Below, one piece after another: positions 39,941-52,929 of a stretch of 64,000 bases of DNA. The position numbers were made by a program, and so were the translations under genes. The DNA lies in contig OX597818.1 in assembly GCA_951406725.2 (NCBI GenBank), positions 14,756,001 through 14,820,000 on the forward strand, read 5' to 3'. Numbering within the stretch: position 1 is the stretch's first letter; each line of letters starts with the position of its first letter. The DNA is from Octopus vulgaris. Lineage: Eukaryota. The notes under the pieces were generated by a model. It had not been told where the DNA came from, searched no databases, and saw only the letters and a program-made list of their open reading frames with translations.

Positions 39941-40110
39941 GGTATTGCACGATAACAACATTGTTCACGATTGTTGATGGTGCTGTGAGTCTCAACTGAA
40001 TGGCTGGCTGTAGCCTTAAAAAGCAAATAAAATTCACATTCGATCACAGCATCAACAACAGTTAAGCCTCGTGCAATGGCCATACTCGATAACGAGGGGG
40101 CAGCCATCAT

Positions 40111-40150
<40 letters not shown>

Positions 40151-40173
40151 TGAATACATACATATATAATTCT

Positions 40174-40430
40174 CACAATGCTTTTGCAGTACCAGTGCTA
40201 GTTCCAACATTTGGGATATTGGACTGGACATTCGATGAGATAACCAACATGGACATCAAAACCAGAAAGCTACTGACACCCCACTGGCAACTTCCACATT
40301 AACGGTAACAGTGATAGGATTTATGCGACGGCAGTTAAGGCATAAAGTTAGTGCAAAAGGCCTTTGAATGTTGCATTGTTTCACTCAGACAGCACCTGCT
40401 GAACATAAAAGAAAGAAATGAGTTCATTCA
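40174..40430 (+). pseudogene. R4/Dong reverse transcriptase thumb-region fragment
   Basis: HNAFAVPVLVPTFGILDWTFDEITNMDIKTRKLLT / TGNFHINGNSDRIY (frameshifted). Confidence 0.75.
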
Positions 40431-40640
40431 CACATGGTGATTGTTCCAACTTCACAGTTGATTGCCGTTTCCTTGTGCTTCCTTGAAATCAGTGACATTT
40501 TGTGAGTTTCCGTCTATGACCTCTCAGATGATTATTCAGTCGTGTTGCAAATTTGCTACCTGAAATATTATCCATTTTATTTACTGATTTTAGCGGTCAA
40601 CCTACAAACAAACTTTGCTTTTCATAAGGATACAGCTAAC

Positions 40641-40750
<110 letters not shown>

Positions 40751-41399
40751 TGTTTGTTTGGATGTATAACGTTAATAAGCTCTATTACTTGATATCTGCA
40801 CCATTAGAAGCATATTTGTAGAACATTTTATTTCAAAATACCCGTTTTCCCTACACTTACAAAAAAAAAAAAAAATTCGGTGAGGCACTCTTGTGTAGGT
40901 GTGCCATATGTGTAAAAAGCATAGGGTCAAATAAGCCGTATACCATTTGCTAGAAATACCAGCCAACACACTACCGACTCACTCATCCCCATTCCATTTT
41001 CCGAAAATAAGTGCATTTATCTGCAGAATGCTCAAATTAATTCAAATAACACCAACAACCTGAAATATTATCAATTTTATATACTGTTTTCAGCGGTTAA
41101 CCTACAAACTTTGCTTTTTATAACGCCACAGATAATAACGTATGTGGGGGTGGGCTATATCTGTAATGAGCTCTATTAGTTTATATTGCTATAAGTATTA
41201 CTTATTTTACATTCGTTTTATATTTACATCTGTAGAAGATCAGTTTTGTTTTGTCTTGTTTTTGTTTTTATTTTGTTTGCTTTTTTTCGCTACTCACTTT
41301 CAGAATAGAAAGCGTAGATCACTTTCGTTTTTCCCCTGCCTTCCTTCAGAATACAGTCTCCAGGAGCTCCTCCTCATTGCCTTCCATTAAAAATAGTCG

Positions 41400-42214
41400 C
41401 TCCAATCATGCTTCTGCACAACTCTTCTCAACCAAAGCTGTGCAATTGCACAAGACTTGTTATGAAGAAATTAATGAGAAATCCCATAGAGATCACAATA
41501 ATTTCTGACTGCAGAAAAGGCGAAGATGTTTTTATTCCTCGCTTATCTTTAATACCTTCCAATATGCCCTTCGAGTTCGAACGACTTCAATTTCCAATAC
41601 GTCTGTCTTTTGCGATGTCCATTAATAAGTCCCAAGTTCAGACTTTGAAAGTTGCTGGTTTGCAATTAGTAGAGGACTGTTTCTTACACGGTCAGTTTTA
41701 TGTTGGAACATCTAGAGTGGGGAGCAAGAACAATCTTTTCAATTTTGCCCCTACTGGTAAAATCTGAAACATGGACTATAAGGAAGTTTCTATCAAGGAG
41801 TCAACAAACTAAAATTTTGAGAATGATTAATAACTTTGAGTCAACATCTATATTCGTCTTAGAAAATCTATTGTATTTTTGTTTGTTGTAATACTTAAGT
41901 GCAATCAATTATAGTACATATGTTTTTAGTTTTCCCCGAACTTTTATTTACTTATCTTGTGCTAGACATATGCCAAAGTCTGTGCGATGTTTGCTTCATT
42001 TATAGACTGAAATACTATAGGTCATAGATCAGAAGTTTATATGCATCCATGATAATTTTGGCCAGAAGAAAACAGCTCTATCGTCTACATGAAAGTTAAC
42101 AACTTTTTTTTATATATAATCAATACAATCTAAGTGAATAACTTTCAACATTCATAGTACAATTTTGGCAGCTTTTTTCTACCCAGCCCAGTCAATGACG
42201 GGTGTTTTTGCTAA
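41400..42214 (+). mobile_element. Helitron 3' fragment encoding a PIF1-like helicase C-terminus
   Basis: ORF 41408-41767 [22 protein letters not shown]...[11 protein letters not shown]; terminal hairpin CCCAGTCA-A-TGACGGG then CTAA. Confidence 0.85.
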
Positions 42215-42824
42215 TATGTATATATATATACATATATATATACACACACACACACTTAAATAACTATATGCATACAGACGTCTGTGCGCGTGTGTGTATG
42301 TGTGTGTGTGTATGTGTACAACTTGCATATCATATATTGCATATCGCACATCATTTATTTCATGCTCTTGTCTGGATATTTGAATATAATATCTGTAAGA
42401 GCAAATACCCACGTTTTATGTATAAGTTTAACACTTCTTAACGCCTTGAACTTCTTATATATGTAATAGAAATAGATCGTATTGTCAACCAAGCAGGATG
42501 AAGCAAATGGTGTTTCATATTACGATTTGAACTTGTACATTTGCTCTCTATGTCACACAGCAACTGAACCAACTGTGTGTGTATCACATATGAAATAAAT
42601 AGATATATATTTATCCTATGCACTACAGAGATTTACTCTGTCGATTTCTGGACGTTTTACAATGAGAAGTAACCACAAATGAGTAATTAAATTTAAATGA
42701 ATTCAAAGAAAGAGTGAATTTGTAGTTTTCAAGGAAGCATTACGAAAGTAAGTAAAATAGTCATAATAAGTAATCAAATCTGTGATGGGTAATACTTTGT
42801 TTATGAGATGTTTATGACCTACAC

Positions 42825-43147
42825 AAGAGGTTCTCAACTGAGGTCTATACGACTTTTGTGGGGTTCATACAAACAAAACAGTAGAGTGGGCATCCACTTA
42901 AGTATTTTACGGGTCTTTGGGAAATTGTTGCTTTAGATGTATTTATTGCCAGAAACCGCAAGATTTCTTTCTCTGATGTTTTACATAGTTCAACCTACAC
43001 AAGGAGGTATACGATAAACAAAATAGGAATTTTTAAAGAAGTCTATAAAATTAGTTTTCAAACATGGAATGGTGATGGGGGTCCGCCAGAGTAAAATAGT
43101 AATCAAAGGGATCCATAGTTATAAAAAACAATGGCTGAGAACCACTG
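42825..43147. mobile_element. hAT (Charlie-like) MITE
   Basis: TIR AAGAGGTTCTCAAC / GCTGAGAACCACTG; exact 8-bp TSD ACCTACAC; related to 14933-15548. Confidence 0.85.
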
Positions 43148-44105
43148 ACCTACACCTTAGAGACATTCTTATCGATTTTGTAGAAATTTTACACGCGATT
43201 ACAGTTCATGCCCATTAGTTGATACCAGCATGAAGAGGGGGATTTTAGATTTTGAGCGGGGGATTTTAGATTTTGAAGAAAATTGACCCATGAGTAAAAT
43301 TAAGCACATCGACATATGAAACATCCATCATTCATATAATGTATTGGGATTTAAAATTCAATGGGATATTTTCATGTACATGGTCGCATGGATTATATTT
43401 TATGACATAACCTTAACACTTTTCTTCAGATTTTGCTGAGATTGGACACGCTGATCAATTTTGTACAGACGATGGCATTAAGGGGAGAGAAATAAACAAA
43501 CATCACTCTCAACGAGTCGAGGTACACCCAAAAGTTTGACTGCGATTTCAGATGGTCTAGTATGTAGGAATATGTCGAACATTTAACCGGGTAAAATCCC
43601 AGCTGAACCAGATATAACATCTTGATAGGTAATAGTTGGCACAGGGAACGTAGAAGATTTCAATACAAGGTCAGAGGTGGGCTTAACTTCAACACGGAAA
43701 GCACGAGCAAAGGCAGGTCCAACAGCAAGTATATAGAAGACCGGCCCGAGATCTGACATAGTACTCCACTCCCAGAATGCCAAGGAGATCCTCCTGATCG
43801 AACTCACTGTGCCTTACGAAAGCAGGATTGATGATACCCATGTCTACAAGACAGAAAAGTACGCCGACTTGGCCAGAGACTTGAGGGACGCTGGATTCAA
43901 AACCAAAGTCTTCGCAGTCGAAGTTGGCGTCAGGGGATTTGTAGGCTCGTCTGCCTACAGCCTCATGAAACAGCTGTCCATCTCTGGAAGAAGCAGAACT
44001 AGAACCTTGAGGGAAAAGCGGCGGATTAGGTCTCAAGTTGGATCTGGTCTAGGAGGAACAAAGGCCAACTTCATAAAGACTTAATTTGTCCCAATTCAAC
44101 CGAGT

Positions 44106-44176
44106 GCTAGATTGGCGTAGTCGTGTAGGCCTGCGCCTCTGGAGCCGGCGATCCAGGTTCGAATCCCGCTGGGACC
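44106..44176 (+). other. tRNA(Gln-CTG)-like sequence with Pol III A and B boxes; not a functional tRNA
   Basis: TGGCGTAGTCG A-box, CTCTGGA anticodon-loop-like, GCGATCCAGGTTCGAATCCCGCTGGGACC; stems do not pair fully. Confidence 0.6.
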
Positions 44177-44364
44177 GTGAGAAAAAAGAACCCTCGCACC
44201 TGGGTCGTCCGAACGCTCGCCAGATGAAAACGAGTACTTAGCCCTTCTCACGGCCGCAGCACACATCACAGAAGTGCTAGAAACCAGAGAGACCAATCCC
44301 ACCAAAGGCGTACTAAACAGACAGCAAGTCGACATCCGGAAGTCATGACTCGGATGTGGTCTGG

Positions 44365-44431
44365 CCTCCCTAGACTGTTAGGAGTTAAGGACCGAAACAC
44401 TTGCCTAAAGGGGGTTCCTCCTCTGAAGACC
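44365..44431 (+). ncRNA. Candidate permuted hammerhead in the RLE element 3' UTR
   Basis: CCTCCcTAGac TGT T AGGAG ttaaggacc GAA ACA cttgcCTAaaGGGGGttc CTCCT CTGAAGA; stem II poor. Confidence 0.5.
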
Positions 44432-44499
44432 ACCTGCTGTAACGCTCTCTCCGAGTTTCTTTCCACTATATATATATATTTACATAACAAACATATATA

Positions 44500-44940
44500 C
44501 ATATGCTTGCGTAATATCTCCAATATAAAACCATGTGACCATATTTATGACAGAGAGGTACTAACAAAATCAACATATCAGATATTGAAGGTATCCACAT
44601 CAAAATGCAACTTAGATGCTCAGATGATCTCTCACGTATGAGTGATATCAGAATTCTGTTTGGCCAATTCCCAACAGGAAGGTCGGTTGGAATGCCACTT
44701 TTACGCCTCAAAGACAAACCCTTTTCTACAAGGGAAAACAAAGTATCGGAACGCAGGACTTGGCGCAAATTCTGCTTCTCCTCAGTTCAAGGATTTGTGC
44801 AAAATCGACTCCAGCATCGGGACCAACTTCGTGCAAGCATGAACGCAAAACGCTGCTCCTCTAAATGAACACCTTACCCGTCATTGTGATTTGTGGCACG
44901 AAGCAAAGCAGGCCTTGCCATCCTCTCAAGAAAACATATA
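44500..44940 (+). pseudogene. RTE-clade LINE ORF C-terminal fragment
   Basis: CLRNISNIKPCDHIYDREVL / QLRCSDDLSRMSDIRILFGQFPTGRSVGMPLLRLKDK. Confidence 0.75.
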
Positions 44941-45080
44941 GTAAATGATTCACAAGCATTCAAGAAAACTGAGTCCTCAACTTCTATTTTCCAAAAGGTT
45001 TGCAAGATACCAGCACATTCGTGTCCATACAACATTATTTACTTTTTATTTTACTGAACCTTCATTTGTCGTTCACAAGA

Positions 45081-45119
<39 letters not shown>

Positions 45120-45122
<3 letters not shown>

Positions 45123-45503
45123 CGGGAAGCTTTATGAAAATAGACAAAAGACGAAGGCAGGTGGAAAACAAACGAACAATTGTATTAGTATGGCGCTCAG
45201 GAAATATAAATAAAACAAGTCTTTAACGTTTCGAGCCTACGCTCTTCAACAGAAAGATACACAGAGAGAAAAAAAACACAGAAAGAAGGAGAGAAAAAAA
45301 TGCGTGCAGTAGCTAACGAATCAACATGGCGATCTGATTTCGGCCAGAGGTCAAAGATCAAACATGAGACGCGAGAGCGAAATAAGGGGAGATAATAGGG
45401 TTGATAATAGGGTTGATAATAGGGTTGAAGGACCAGCTAATAGTGCGTAGGAGGGGTCTGGACGTGTGTATGTATAGGGTTGGTGTATGTATTAGTATGT
45501 ATA

Positions 45504-45540
<37 letters not shown>

Positions 45541-45830
45541 AGAGAGTATTAGTGCGTAGGATTGGTCTGGACGTGCGTATGTATGGGGTTGGTGTATGTA
45601 TTAGTATGTATTAGTATGTATTAGTACATATTAGTATGTATAAGTGTGTGTGTGTGTGTGTATGAGAGAGTATAAGTGCGTATGAGGGGTCTGGACGTGT
45701 GTATGTATAGGGTTGGTGTATGTATTAGTATGTATTAGTATGTATTAGTACGTATTAGTATGTATTAGTTGGTGTATGTATTAGTATGGCACATCATATA
45801 TGATGTGATGTGTAAAGTCGTGTGGTGTAG
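45120..45830 (-). mobile_element. Penelope-like terminal fragment with a minimal hammerhead (45220-45257) and internal minisatellites
   Basis: Minus strand TCTTT CTGTTGA A GAGC GTAG GCTC GAA ACGT T AAAGA; ATAATAGGGTTG x3; GTATGTATTA repeats. Confidence 0.65.
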
Positions 45831-46079
45831 TGAGGATATATATATTTACATAACAATTACATACATACATGCGTGTGTGTGTGTGTGTACGTTATGCAAT
45901 TCAATCAAATTGTGTAAATTATCACTTTAGTAACAGGTGTTATCTATTCTATTATTGCCACTGTTGACTTTGTGAGAATTTGCGAAATATTTGAGAACTC
46001 ATTTAAATAAACAACAACAAACTTTACCTTCCGTCTCCCACTAGCAAAGTCTTTGATTTAGCAATAACAATGACAATAG

Positions 46080-46316
46080 TTCTTTCTAATTTTGATTCAA
46101 GGCCGGCAATTTTGAGGAGAGGGGATGTCAATTGTATCGGCCTCAGTGTTTGACAGGTATTTTATTTTATCGACCTTGAAGGGATGTAAGGCAAAATCGA
46201 ATACGGCGGTATTTGAACTCAGAACGTAGCGATGGGCAAAATACCACTAAGCATTTCGTCTAGTGTGCTGACGATACTGCCAGCTCGCCGCCTTATTCTC
46301 CCAGCTCACCGCCTTA

Positions 46317-46318
<2 letters not shown>
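46080..46318 (-). mobile_element. Family B SINE
   Basis: Match to family B copies. Confidence 0.8.
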
Positions 46319-46366
<48 letters not shown>

Positions 46367-46572
46367 CAACAAAAACAACAACAATAATAATAATAACAAC
46401 AACAACAAAAACAATAATAATAATAATAATAATAATAATCATAAGAAGAAGGAGGAGGAAGAGGAAGGAGGAGAAGAAGAAGAAGAAGAAGAAGAAGAAG
46501 AAGAAGAAGAAGAAGAAGAAGAAGAAGAAGAAGAAGAAGAAGAAGAAGAAGAAGCAGCAGCAGCAGAAGAAT
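46318..46572. repeat. Compound (AAT)(AAC)(AAG)(AGC) microsatellite
   Basis: Direct reading. Confidence 0.95.
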
Positions 46573-46576
46573 ATTA

Positions 46577-47180
46577 AATGCCCTGATGCAGTACCAGGCA
46601 GTAGCTCTCGTGGCTTCTGATCTTAACTGATTGGAAGTGTTATCATGTACATTGCCTTGGTATAAAAGATGGGCTACAGCAAATATTCTGCTCAATACCA
46701 TAGATTTGCTTGTCAGTTCTTTGACCTCAACCAGTTGAACATGTCCATTAATGGCTGGCGATATTTGCATCTCTGATCATGAGCAGATGTAGTGGGGGAG
46801 CATTATAGCCATGTGTTGAGAGGAATTCTTTGAGGTTTGAATAATTCACCTCTGGAAACATGGGTGTTTCGTTCAACATCCTTGAACAACCCTTATTCAG
46901 GGATCTTTTGAGCGGGATGGGTTACTCGACCAGGAGAAAATTCTAACTGCGCCCCACCTGCAAGGTCATGCGCTGTTTATCTTGATATGTGATCACCATG
47001 TTGCGCTCATATGGTTGTGATGCATGTACTTAGTGTATCCTTATCAGACGGGTAGTCATGATGGATATACTGGGCTTCGTATATTTTACACCAGTGTCAC
47101 ATTGATGGCATGCACTGCTCTCTCACTCAATAATAATGATGATGATGATGATGATGATGGCATGCACTGCTCTCTCATTC
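46577..47180 (+). mobile_element. About 550-bp (AAT)n-associated element, copy 2, with duplicated 3' end
   Basis: Matches 11880-12430; TGATGGCATGCACTGCTCTCTCA occurs twice. Confidence 0.85.
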
Positions 47181-47202
47181 AATAATAATAATAATAATAA
47201 TG

Positions 47203-47243
<41 letters not shown>

Positions 47244-47729
47244 TTGTTCAGTCCTTGCCAGTATATCAACGAACACGATTGAGTCCACAGGGCATTCTGA
47301 TACTTCAGAGTTCTCAAAGTTACATAGTTTAAATATCTCGATCTTAGTACAACCCCATCCTACGCGAAGCACTTTCAATTCAATAACAAACAATTCAAAC
47401 AGCGACAATGCACTCTTTACACATACCTCACGCAATCACCACCACCCTGTAGAATAACACAATGCATACTTTTGAATAATAGACATCCGCTAATAACAAC
47501 AATGCATATTCTATACATTCACCAGACTATACTTTTTCACATAAATCTAGTCAAACACTTGAAGCGAAGCACTGAAATAACACCAGGAACAACAAAACAC
47601 ATCGCACAATAAAGCTAAACTTATGTATTACACGGATACAGTTCTATATCACCCAAAGACATTACTACACGCACTTGAGAACTATCGACGTGCACCTAGT
47701 GATCGATAGGAACTCGCCTGCAGCGGCAG

Positions 47730-48525
47730 TAGTGGCTTGTCATCTTAACTGATTGGCAGTGTCATCGTGTACGAGGCGACTCTGAAAAGTTCCTAGCCTT
47801 TAAGGTATCGCGAAAGGCCAGTATGGAGGCCCAACCCTCCGAGTTCTTTTTACAGGGCTTAGAAAAACTGAAGGACCGCTGCAATAAATGTGTGAATCTG
47901 AGAGGAGAATATACGTTAGATAAAATCATAACTGATCCTCCTGTATTTTATTTTACCCGAAACCAGGAAACTTTTTCAGCATCTCCACGTACATGTTTTT
48001 GTTGACATGTTTTGTATTAGTGTAAAATACCATACAACAGATTTGCTAGTCACTTGCTTAGCCTTAAATAGTTGAGTATGTCCCTTAGTGGTTGACGATA
48101 TATGCACCTCTGATGAGCAAGAGCAGTAGAGGAACACCATAGCCATGTGTTGAGAGTGGCTCTTTGGGGTTTGAATAATTCATTCCTGGAAACACGAATG
48201 TTTCGTTCATCATCCTTAATCAACTCTCATTCATGGACCTTTTTGAACAAGATGGGCTATTCAACGTAAAGGAGATTCTAACTGCAAGGTCAGGGGCTGT
48301 TTATTTTGATATAAGGTGACATATTATGCACATAAGGTTGTGACGCATGTGCCTGGTGTACCCTTATCAAAGGGGTACCTTGGGTTTCGTATATTTATAC
48401 CCCAGTGTCACTTTCAGTCATACTGTAACATCTCTTATCCTTCACTCGCCCCAGGATGCTGGGTGTCTCGGCAAGTGACTATAACAAACATGCAGATTAA
48501 AAGTAAATACTACAAATAATAATAA
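47730..48525 (+). mobile_element. 550-bp element copy 3 (mariner-interrupted) fused to a Dong 3' UTR
   Basis: 48415-48520 matches 11445-11545. Confidence 0.7.
47772..47989 (+). mobile_element. Non-autonomous mariner element retaining the transposase C-terminus
   Basis: TA TSD, TIRs, EAQPSEFFLQGLEKLKDRCNKCVNLRGEY. Confidence 0.9.
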
Positions 48526-49768
48526 CTAGCTGGACCCGTGAAAAATTCACGGAAGATATAAAAAATGTAAGCATCTGTAAACAGTGTACTGGTGCCATGA
48601 GAAATGTTTGCATGTTATGACCGTCTGTCTTTATGTTCAGAGTTCAAATTCTGCGAGGTCGACTTTACCTTTGGTCCTTTCGAGGTCGATAAATTAAGTA
48701 CCTGATGTGTACCGCGGTCAATCTAATCAACTGGCCCCACTCCCCACAAAAATTTCAGGCCTAGAAAAGTATATTGTGACAGTTACAGAATATAGAAAGT
48801 AATGTAACACCAATGACTATATAATCCCACCAAACTATCTCAGTTACACAAACGTATACGGAATTACGATTTAGCCTGAACACACATCGTACATATTCAA
48901 AGGACCTTCTTGGTTTAGTGGTACGGAACGTTTTTCTGGTATTCTTTTATTCTTTTACTTGTTTCAGTTATTTGACGGTGGCCATGCTGGAGCACTACCC
49001 TTTAGTCGAAGAAATTGAACCCTGGACTTATTCCCTGTAATCCTGGTGTTTATTCTATCAGTCTCTTCTGCTGAACAACTAAATTACAGGGATGCAAACG
49101 CATCAACATCGGTTTTCAAGCAATGGTGGTGATGGTAGGACACAGATACAAATACACACACACACACACACATCATACATACATACATACATACATACAT
49201 ACATACTTACCTATAGATATATATATGACGGGTTTGGAGGTAGTAGTGACGCTGGCTGGTGCGATTATGTGGTTTGCTGGTATGCGCGCCCCTAACTGGT
49301 TCCCCGATCTTAAAGGTGTAATGTGGATGTGTAATGATGGAGTGGCTGGTGTGGTGGTGATGCTAGCTGGTGCGGTGGTCTTCCTCACAGTACTTCATGG
49401 TAGACAATATTTTGTGTGTATGTCACACCACGTTTTTGGCCCTATCTGTTATCCCAATTGAATGTCATAACTTTTACTTTGATATTGTTCATAGCTCGTG
49501 CTCTTGAGAATGAGACATATAATTGGCCATGAGAAAATATCGGTTGAGACAAATGTATTCCAACTTCTTTAAATGTTTGCCTTTGACCCTTATAAATTGT
49601 CATTGAATATGCAAGTCGAAGTGGAAACTGAAGTCTGTTTAGTGTGAATGGAATATTTGCATCCCTTGGGCTAAGTTTAATTCTTGGAATTAGGACTGTA
49701 CGACTTCTGTTGGAACCTGTTACCAATGATGCCTCAACACAATATTTATGAAGTCTTTGCACTTTCAT
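48526..49768 (-). mobile_element. Helitron 3' fragment (PIF1-like helicase) with nested SINEs
   Basis: ORF 49442-49768 RLQFPLRLAYSMTIYKGQRQT...FSHGQLYVSFSRA; hairpin CCGTGAA/TTCACGG (48536-48552) and CTAG terminus at 48526. Confidence 0.85.
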
Positions 49769-49769
49769 T

Positions 49770-49975
49770 ACATAGGGATGGACCCGGTTCCTGGAAACTG
49801 AATGCGTCTTTCCTGGCGCACGAAATTTATAGAGACCCGATTACAGAACAGGTTATGCGGGAGTTGACGGGGGCAATCGTTAACAACTGATTCTAGTTTG
49901 GCCTGGAAAGAGAAGGGTTAAGAAGATTTAGTAAGGAAATAGTGCTAGAGAATTCTAGAGTAGAGTTAGAAACCT
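49770..49975 (+). pseudogene. Tx1/L1 ORF2 post-endonuclease fragment
   Basis: HRDGPGSWKLNASFL resembles the GPGYWKLNxSLL motif. Confidence 0.6.
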
Positions 49976-50094
49976 AAAAGAGGAATTACATACAATCTTA
50001 CATACATACACATGTTCAATATATTTATTTATTCACTGTCCAAGATCTTCGTCTTATTCATTTGTATAAATATATTTATGCGTACACATGCGCA

Positions 50095-50138
50095 TCTGTG
50101 TGTATACAGACACACACACACACATACATACATATATA

Positions 50139-50171
<33 letters not shown>

Positions 50172-50208
50172 ATGTGTGTGTGTGTGTGTGTGTGTTTGTG
50201 TGTGTGTT

Positions 50209-50277
<69 letters not shown>
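50095..50277. repeat. (TG)n microsatellite
   Basis: Direct reading. Confidence 0.95.
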
Positions 50278-50279
<2 letters not shown>

Positions 50280-51581
50280 CGAACATCTACAAAATACCAA
50301 AACTAAGATCCGAAAGTGAATCCACATCTTTCCATATTGTAAAACAAATCCTCGGCCTGTTGTCTTCACCAGTTCCACTGAGAGATTAATGAGAATGAAC
50401 TGATCTCTTAGACCCTTTTCATCAGTCAACCCTGATATAGAAATAGAATCCTATTGCTCTCAGTTGATCAAATCAACATGTATATATGACGGGTTTCTTT
50501 CATTTGCCGTTTACCAAATCCGCTCACAAGGATTTGGTTAGCCCGTGGCAATAGAAGACACTTGCCCAAGGGAGTGAACCCGGAACCATGTGATTGGGAA
50601 GCAAATTCGGATATTGGTAGAATAAGTAAAGTGATTACATATACATACATGCACACATGTCTGTCTTTATGCATGTATGTGTGTAATATATTTATTCAAT
50701 GTCTACATTTTGCTCAATAAAAAATAGGATGCTTGGTAAATTCAAAAGAAAATAATATTAGCATTTCTACGTTAGGGTTCAGAATGATCCTTTAGAAAAA
50801 AAACCTACCTGCTCTCCCACCTTCTTCTCAACCCATCATACACTATCTCTATCTATAACTCTTTCCTTATCTATTTAGATTATTATATGTCGGTCACTCT
50901 CAATTCAGATTTTTCAATTACTATACCCACCTTATCTACATATACCTATATCTCTATCTTTTCCTATTTCTCAACCAATGTTTTTCTTTCTATTATTCTC
51001 TTCATTTCTTCGTCGGTTCTCATTCTTTCTTTCTTTATTTCTCTCACGATGTTCGTCTGAATTTTTTTCTTCTTTGTGTATGCATATATGTATACGAATG
51101 TGCGCGCTTATTTACCTATTTACCAACCTAATCACATTCTCTCTCACTCTCATTGTGAGTGTGAGTGTATTTTCAAACGTATACGTGCATATTTATGTAC
51201 TAAATATAATATATCTTCCGATCTAACTTTGTTACAATAGAAATTTAATGGGAACTTAATAGAAAAAGAATTAAGTGTGTGATTAGTTCCCAATGTACGG
51301 ATGAACTCCAGAACCTTATCTAGACATGCTTCAAAAGGTAAGGTTGAATGTTGCTATCGTTCATAGGCTGCAGCTATAATTATATGAAGGGTTTCTTAAA
51401 TTGAACTGAAGCCCGCTCCTGACCCGTGGCCAGAGGTCAACTCTTTTAGTGTTGCCTGCTTGGTCATGAAATACAAAAGACGGGAGAGAAAAATGTAAAT
51501 AACAATGAAATAAGGACAAATAGTCTATTCATGAAATCTATTGATGTCTCCGGTAAAGAAAATTGTTGATTTCGGCAGGCA

Positions 51582-51774
<193 letters not shown>

Positions 51775-51814
51775 TCGAACTAGAAACTATCACAGAGTGA
51801 GAGAATATATGTAT

Positions 51815-51854
<40 letters not shown>

Positions 51855-52077
51855 GTGTTTACCTTCCAACGAAACCCTGTAGCGTATGTGATTCAGATAG
51901 TTGGATGACCTGGCAAACTTCTGCATTTGGCTTTGACGAAATAAGTAATCTTTCGATTTTGACATATAAAATGGATGACCAACTAATATAACAAACTGAG
52001 CTACAGAAAATTATCTTCGATATTTACTGTCGATAAAATGAACCAAAACTGGAATAAAAAGATTACTTAAGATATGA

Positions 52078-52929
52078 TCGTATACTATACATGCGTGTGT
52101 GTCTGTGAGTATGAGCGTGTATGTTTGTGTATGAGTGTATGTGTGTATGAGTGTATTTATGCGTGTGTATGAGTATGAGTATGTATGTGTATGAGTGCAT
52201 GTATGTGTGTGTATGTGTGTATGAGAGTGTGTGTGTGTATGAGTGTATGTGTGTATATGAGAGTATTTATGTGTGTGTATGAGTGTGTTTGTGTATGTCT
52301 GTGTTTCTGTCTGATGAGGAGTAGGAACACATTTTAAAATCGACAAATGTCTCCGAAGTACCATGTGTGGCTACTCGATCATTTTATGTACCTAATTCGA
52401 AAGATCACGGACGTACTGAAAGTTTTCCCCGCTTTTTTTCTTTTCCTTTTCTCAATAATTTGTTCAGACTAATATTTTCATCATTAGCGATTACGATTTT
52501 GCATTCCAGCACCACCAAAAGAAAGAAAAAGACGATTTTTATAAATTCAATTTTGTGGAGAACAGGGACCAGTTGTAAGTTTATAAGAATCTGTGAATGT
52601 GAATCGATTGAGAAAAATCGTATCTTTAATTTCCCGATTCAGTTCCATTGTGTAACACCTTGGGCGGAAACTGAAAGAAGCCCGTCGTATACTATACATG
52701 CGTGTGTGTCTGTGAGTATGAGCGTGTATGTTTGTGTATGAGTGTATGTGCGTGTATGAGTGTATTTATGCGTGTGTATGAATATGTATGTGTATGAGTG
52801 CATGTATGTGTGTGTATGTGTGTATGTGTGTATGAGAGTGTGTGTGTGTGTGTATGAGTGTATGTGTGTATATGAGAGTATTTATGTGTGTGTATGAGTG
52901 TGTTTGTGTATGTCTGTGTTTCTGTCTGT
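52078..52929 (+). repeat. About 240-bp direct duplication of a complex TG-rich tract (52078-52314, 52685-52929)
   Basis: Both start TCGTATACTATACATGCGTGTGTGTCTGTGAG and end GTGTTTCTGTCTG. Confidence 0.85.

Larger units (their letters stand above)
43430..44466 (+). mobile_element. Hero/NeSL-like RLE non-LTR retrotransposon 3' fragment with structured 3' UTR
   Basis: RSDIVLHSQNAKEILLIELTVPYESRIDDTHVYKTEKYADL...VEVGVRGF and SSWIWSRR; ends at (TA)n. Confidence 0.8.

Noticed and set aside
44106-44176. Functional tRNA gene
   Set aside because: Acceptor and T stems do not pair and there is no oligo-T terminator; kept only as tRNA-like.
45390-45790. Regular short repeats as a CRISPR-like array
   Set aside because: Tandem minisatellites with no unique spacers, in eukaryotic repeat context.
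50410-50475. Minus-strand GTTGA CTGATGA with upstream TCAAC
   Set aside because: No GAAA strand or clean NUH; at most a decayed remnant.
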